From: Lytechinus pictus
Lineage: Eukaryota
Direction: 5' to 3'
DNA: 64,000 nt
NCBI RefSeq assembly: GCF_037042905.1
Contig: NC_087251.1
Location: 28,584,001-28,648,000 of the forward strand
Under the pieces are notes generated by a model that was given only the letters and a program-made list of their open reading frames with translations, did no database searches and was not told the origin of the DNA. Of the stretch, positions 60,428 through 64,000 are shown piece after piece (position 1 is the stretch's first letter; every line of letters begins with the position of its first letter). The position numbers were made by a program, and so were the translations under genes.

Positions 60428-61655
60428 TGTATATATTGACCCCAAACAGGGACATTTTAAGGACTATAATTTAGGAATCCATTAAGAGTATATATATGTA
60501 TCTCACCATCATCTAATGCGAGTGCCAAGCGCTTGCTGATTTTGTTAGAATAATATACATCTTAACACATGAAGCACTTGTAGTCATTGTCATGATTAAC
60601 ATACGCATCTTACTAATCAAATATTGCGAGCGCGAGCTGAAAATTTGGGAAATTCAGACCTGAAGAGAGGCATTTTAAGGCTTGTTTGTAGGAATTCACG
60701 AGGAAATACGTACGTATTTCACTAACCAAATGATGCAAGCGCGAAGCGCGAGCTGAAAATATATTGACCCCAAACAGGGATATAATTATATTAAGGACTA
60801 TTTTTTTAAAGGAATCCATTAAGAGTACACATATCTCACCATAGTCATCTAATTCAAGTGCCAAGCGCATGCTGATTTTGTTAGAATTACATCTAAACAC
60901 ATGAAGCACTTTTTATAGTCATTGTAATCATGATTATCATACGCATCTCACTAATCAAATATTGCGAGCGCGATGCGCGAGCTGAAAATTAAGGAAATTC
61001 AGATCTGAAAAGGGGCATTCTAAGGCCTGCTTGTAGGAATTCACGGAGACCATGCGTATTTCACTAACCAAATGATGCGAGCGCGAAACGCAGGCTGAAA
61101 ATTTTTGATATTCAGATCAGAAAAAAGGACATTTTAAGGACTGATTTTAGGAATTCATGAAAAACAGACATATCTCACCAATCCACGAATGCTAACGTAA
61201 GCACGGACAGGAAATGGTTTAGATTAAGACCTTAAAATGGGGGCAATCACTTTAAGTAGCCATGAAAAAGAAGCATAATATGTCACTACTTAAAACAAGA
61301 ATTCGACGTGCGAGGAAATATATTTGTTGTATATTGATTTGAAAACGGGAGGTTTTAGTACAACAGGATTATATATCTTGTTCAACAGACAATGCGAGCA
61401 CCAAGAACAATGAAGACATAGGCCCTGCGCAAATTATGTTTCATAAAGTTATGATTTTTTAAATGTAATATAATATAACATAATTATAATATAATATAAC
61501 TTTATAATTAACAATAATTCCTTCTTTCCCCACTACTTTTCTCTCCCTTTCTCCCTCTTTTTCTCCTTTCCCCGTTTTTTTTTTGGCCAGCCGATTGTGG
61601 GGGGGGGGGGGGGGTACGTGCCCCCCATGCCCCCCCCCCCGTAGTTACGCCACTG
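60428..61655 (-). mobile_element. Truncated inverted copy of the 22522-23683 hAT-like element
   Basis: Ends gtagttacgccactg (reverse complement of the 22522 end); body matches; internal ~328-bp duplication (60433/60761). Confidence 0.85.
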
Positions 61656-61736
61656 GTGGCAACTGGCAAGTATGAATTAACGCCTATTTTTTTTTTTTTT
61701 TTTTTTTTAATATGTACCGGTATATGTGATCGGAAT

Positions 61737-61928
61737 ATATATATATTTTTTTAAACAAGTGCACACCTAGTTACCAATAATGCATATAGCATTTCCATTT
61801 TTATTTGAAAGCAGGATAAAAGAGCATTGTAGATTAAATGCCTTGCTCACGGGCATAGGCGCCGCGGCCGGGGATCGAACCCCGGACTTTCCATGTATAG
61901 CCTGGCGCCTAGACCACTCGGCCACGGC
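61737..61928 (-). mobile_element. tRNA-derived SINE (second family)
   Basis: Minus strand GCCGTGGCCGAGTGG (A box)...GGTTCGATCCCC (B box)...GCCCGTGAGCAAGGCATTTAATC, with an A/TA-rich tail. Confidence 0.75.
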
Positions 61929-62846
61929 TGTTGTGATCGGAAATTGGCACGTCTCCCTCTAGCGTTAGAAGACATGCATTAAAAGCCTATGGCGTAGCGA
62001 GCTTTCTGAGGAGATTCGACGACAGCCGATAGTTTGCCCAGAGATTTCTGCATTGTATCCAAGACTTTCGTCAAATTTACTATGGTGTCACTTGCTGAGT
62101 GAGTAGATTATTTACAAAATTTATTTCATGATTGGGTTATTGGTATTTTTTACAGTAAAATCAATTGCTAGACGGACGTGAGACTAAGTAAGAGTGGCGA
62201 GTGTGAACGGTGATTGTGAATACACAGGGGGCCGGTGCCGTTACTGGCGTGTGTAATTTCTTATGCACACATTTCCAGTGGCGATATCACAATTCTGTGA
62301 CACAGTAATGCTCATTGCACAAGAGTTACATGTAAAACCCAGGGTAGAGCTCAATATTTGTGTGAGACTTAGTGAGTGGAATCTAACAGTGACTGAGTGT
62401 GGTGATGGCAATGTGTGTGATAGCAGACAGGGATTCGTCTGCCGGAATACACTTTTTGATTGTGGACTTGTGTCTTGTGTGGGCATTAACTAGTCTATCC
62501 ACTTGCACGCTGCAACCATCCTGCCTGTGCCTGTGGGAAATCTACAGGTAGGAGTCGGACCAGTGTTTCCTAAGCTCCAAAATAAAATTCCCGAAACTGA
62601 ATCCCAAATTTCCTGAAATTCATAGATATTTCCTAGAATTTTCAAATTTGATTTTAAACAAAATCGGGCAATACAGCGAGCCTAATAATTGGTCCGGGTG
62701 GCCAAAATCAAGGAATTTAGCATTTTTTGTTAACGCCCTCTTTAAAAATAGGAATAAAATTACCAAATGCGAGTGCAGAGCGCAAGCAGAAAATTTTGAG
62801 CTATGTATGGAGGTAAAAAATTCTGGCCTGAATATTAATAGTTGCT

Positions 62847-63273
62847 AGGTAACCAAAACCCAAGAAGAGAAGCAATCTTATTGGAAATTTAGGTAAAATG
62901 AGATGAACAATTACAAAAAAAAGTTTCATCAAAATCGGTTATGAAATAAGCAAGTTATGGACATTTAAAAAGTCTTGTACTTTCTATAGGGATCCTCAAA
63001 TTGGCAAATGTGCTTCAAAATGTCTGAATTTGTGGACAACTCTCCATTTGTTTTGTACACAAATTTTCAGATTTTCCCCTTTATTTTACATTTTTCACAT
63101 CTCCTGACCTTGACATATGTGGTGTGAATTTTATTTTCCCAAGACATATGTCGTGCTCAGAAGGAAGCAAGCTGCAATTTGAAAGATAATGAGGAAAATC
63201 TGAAAATTTGTGTACAAACAAATGGAGAGTTGTTCACAAATTCAGCCATTTTGAAGCATGTTTGCCAATTTCA
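62847..63273. mobile_element. Partial family C MITE
   Basis: Matches the left end and central palindrome of 34450-35018. Confidence 0.75.
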
Positions 63274-63646
63274 TAGTAGTTTTTAGAGTCAGCACTGCTG
63301 CTATATTGAATTGCGTAATGCAGGTGAGACTGCCAGAGGCGCTCCACTTGTTGACCATTTTTCATCATCTCTATATTCAAGTTCCCTTTGGAAGAATGTT
63401 GCAAAGTTTGAGCGTACAAAATCATTTTCTCACGCGTATGATGCGCGTTGGGTAAAACAAGGCCGGTCGGTAATACAATCACTCACTATACCATGTGATG
63501 TGACAATTGTTAGGGTTGCGTTGACAAGTCAGACACATTTCTGGGATTTTAACAAATGTTGCTGCAAGCTTCTCCTGCTTCATCTTTCCTTGTTCTTTTC
63601 TATCAAATACTAGCAATTGACTAAAAAAATTATACTTTTTCCACAG

Positions 63647-63707
63647 CATCCTACCTAAACCCAAGCAATGGGGGCAAGAAGATGAGGTAGACCTGAGAGC
63701 CAAAGAG
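63647..63707 (+). other. Candidate exon of a downstream unidentified gene
   Basis: ctttttccacag| acceptor, GAG|gtaagc donor; one open frame ILPKPKQWGQEDEVDLRAKE. Confidence 0.4.
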
Positions 63708-64000
63708 GTAAGCAAATGAACATTCCTACACGTATTTCATTTTAAATAATTACAATAGTACTAATAAGGCCTGTTCATAAACATTTTGTGACAAAGCTCA
63801 GCAACCCTTTGTACGATGTCAATGGGGTAGGAGTTAAAAAAAGAATGTTGCAATAACATAGTGACCTGTTTTTGAATGTGTTGCTTGCAACCGCTAAGAG
63901 ACAGACAAATAGTGAAAATTGAAAAAAGTTAAGATATGATGATTTACGCTGTTTGACAGACTTACTCATGATATCATTAAATATAATGCTGGAATGTGAC

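Overview
AT-rich animal genomic DNA, most likely an echinoderm or sea urchin (inferred from intron style and repeat families, not proven). It holds two spliced + strand genes. (1) The 3' part of a nesprin/SYNE gene: 15 phase-consistent exons from 1471 to 15029 encoding spectrin repeats, an LDWD kinesin-binding-type motif and a KASH domain ending PPPI. A candidate alternative first exon at 931-1097 would give a ~968-aa nesprin-1alpha2-like short isoform. (2) A complete serum response factor gene (SRF, MADS box), 9 coding exons from 26629 to 50315, ~492 aa. SRF has a twin-CArG/ETS promoter and further CArG clusters in its 12.7-kb intron 2, pointing to autoregulation. That intron also holds ~29 TACATGTA palindromes, and exon 7 is partly triplicated. 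The rest is non-autonomous DNA transposons (Kolobok/T2-like, hAT-like with 8-bp TSDs, foldbacks), tRNA-derived SINEs, an unusual tRNA-like gene, a 7SL(Alu-domain)-headed SINE-like element downstream of the SRF stop codon, and possible 5' exons of a third gene. All calls are from manual reading; comparisons to human sequences are from memory and need a database check.
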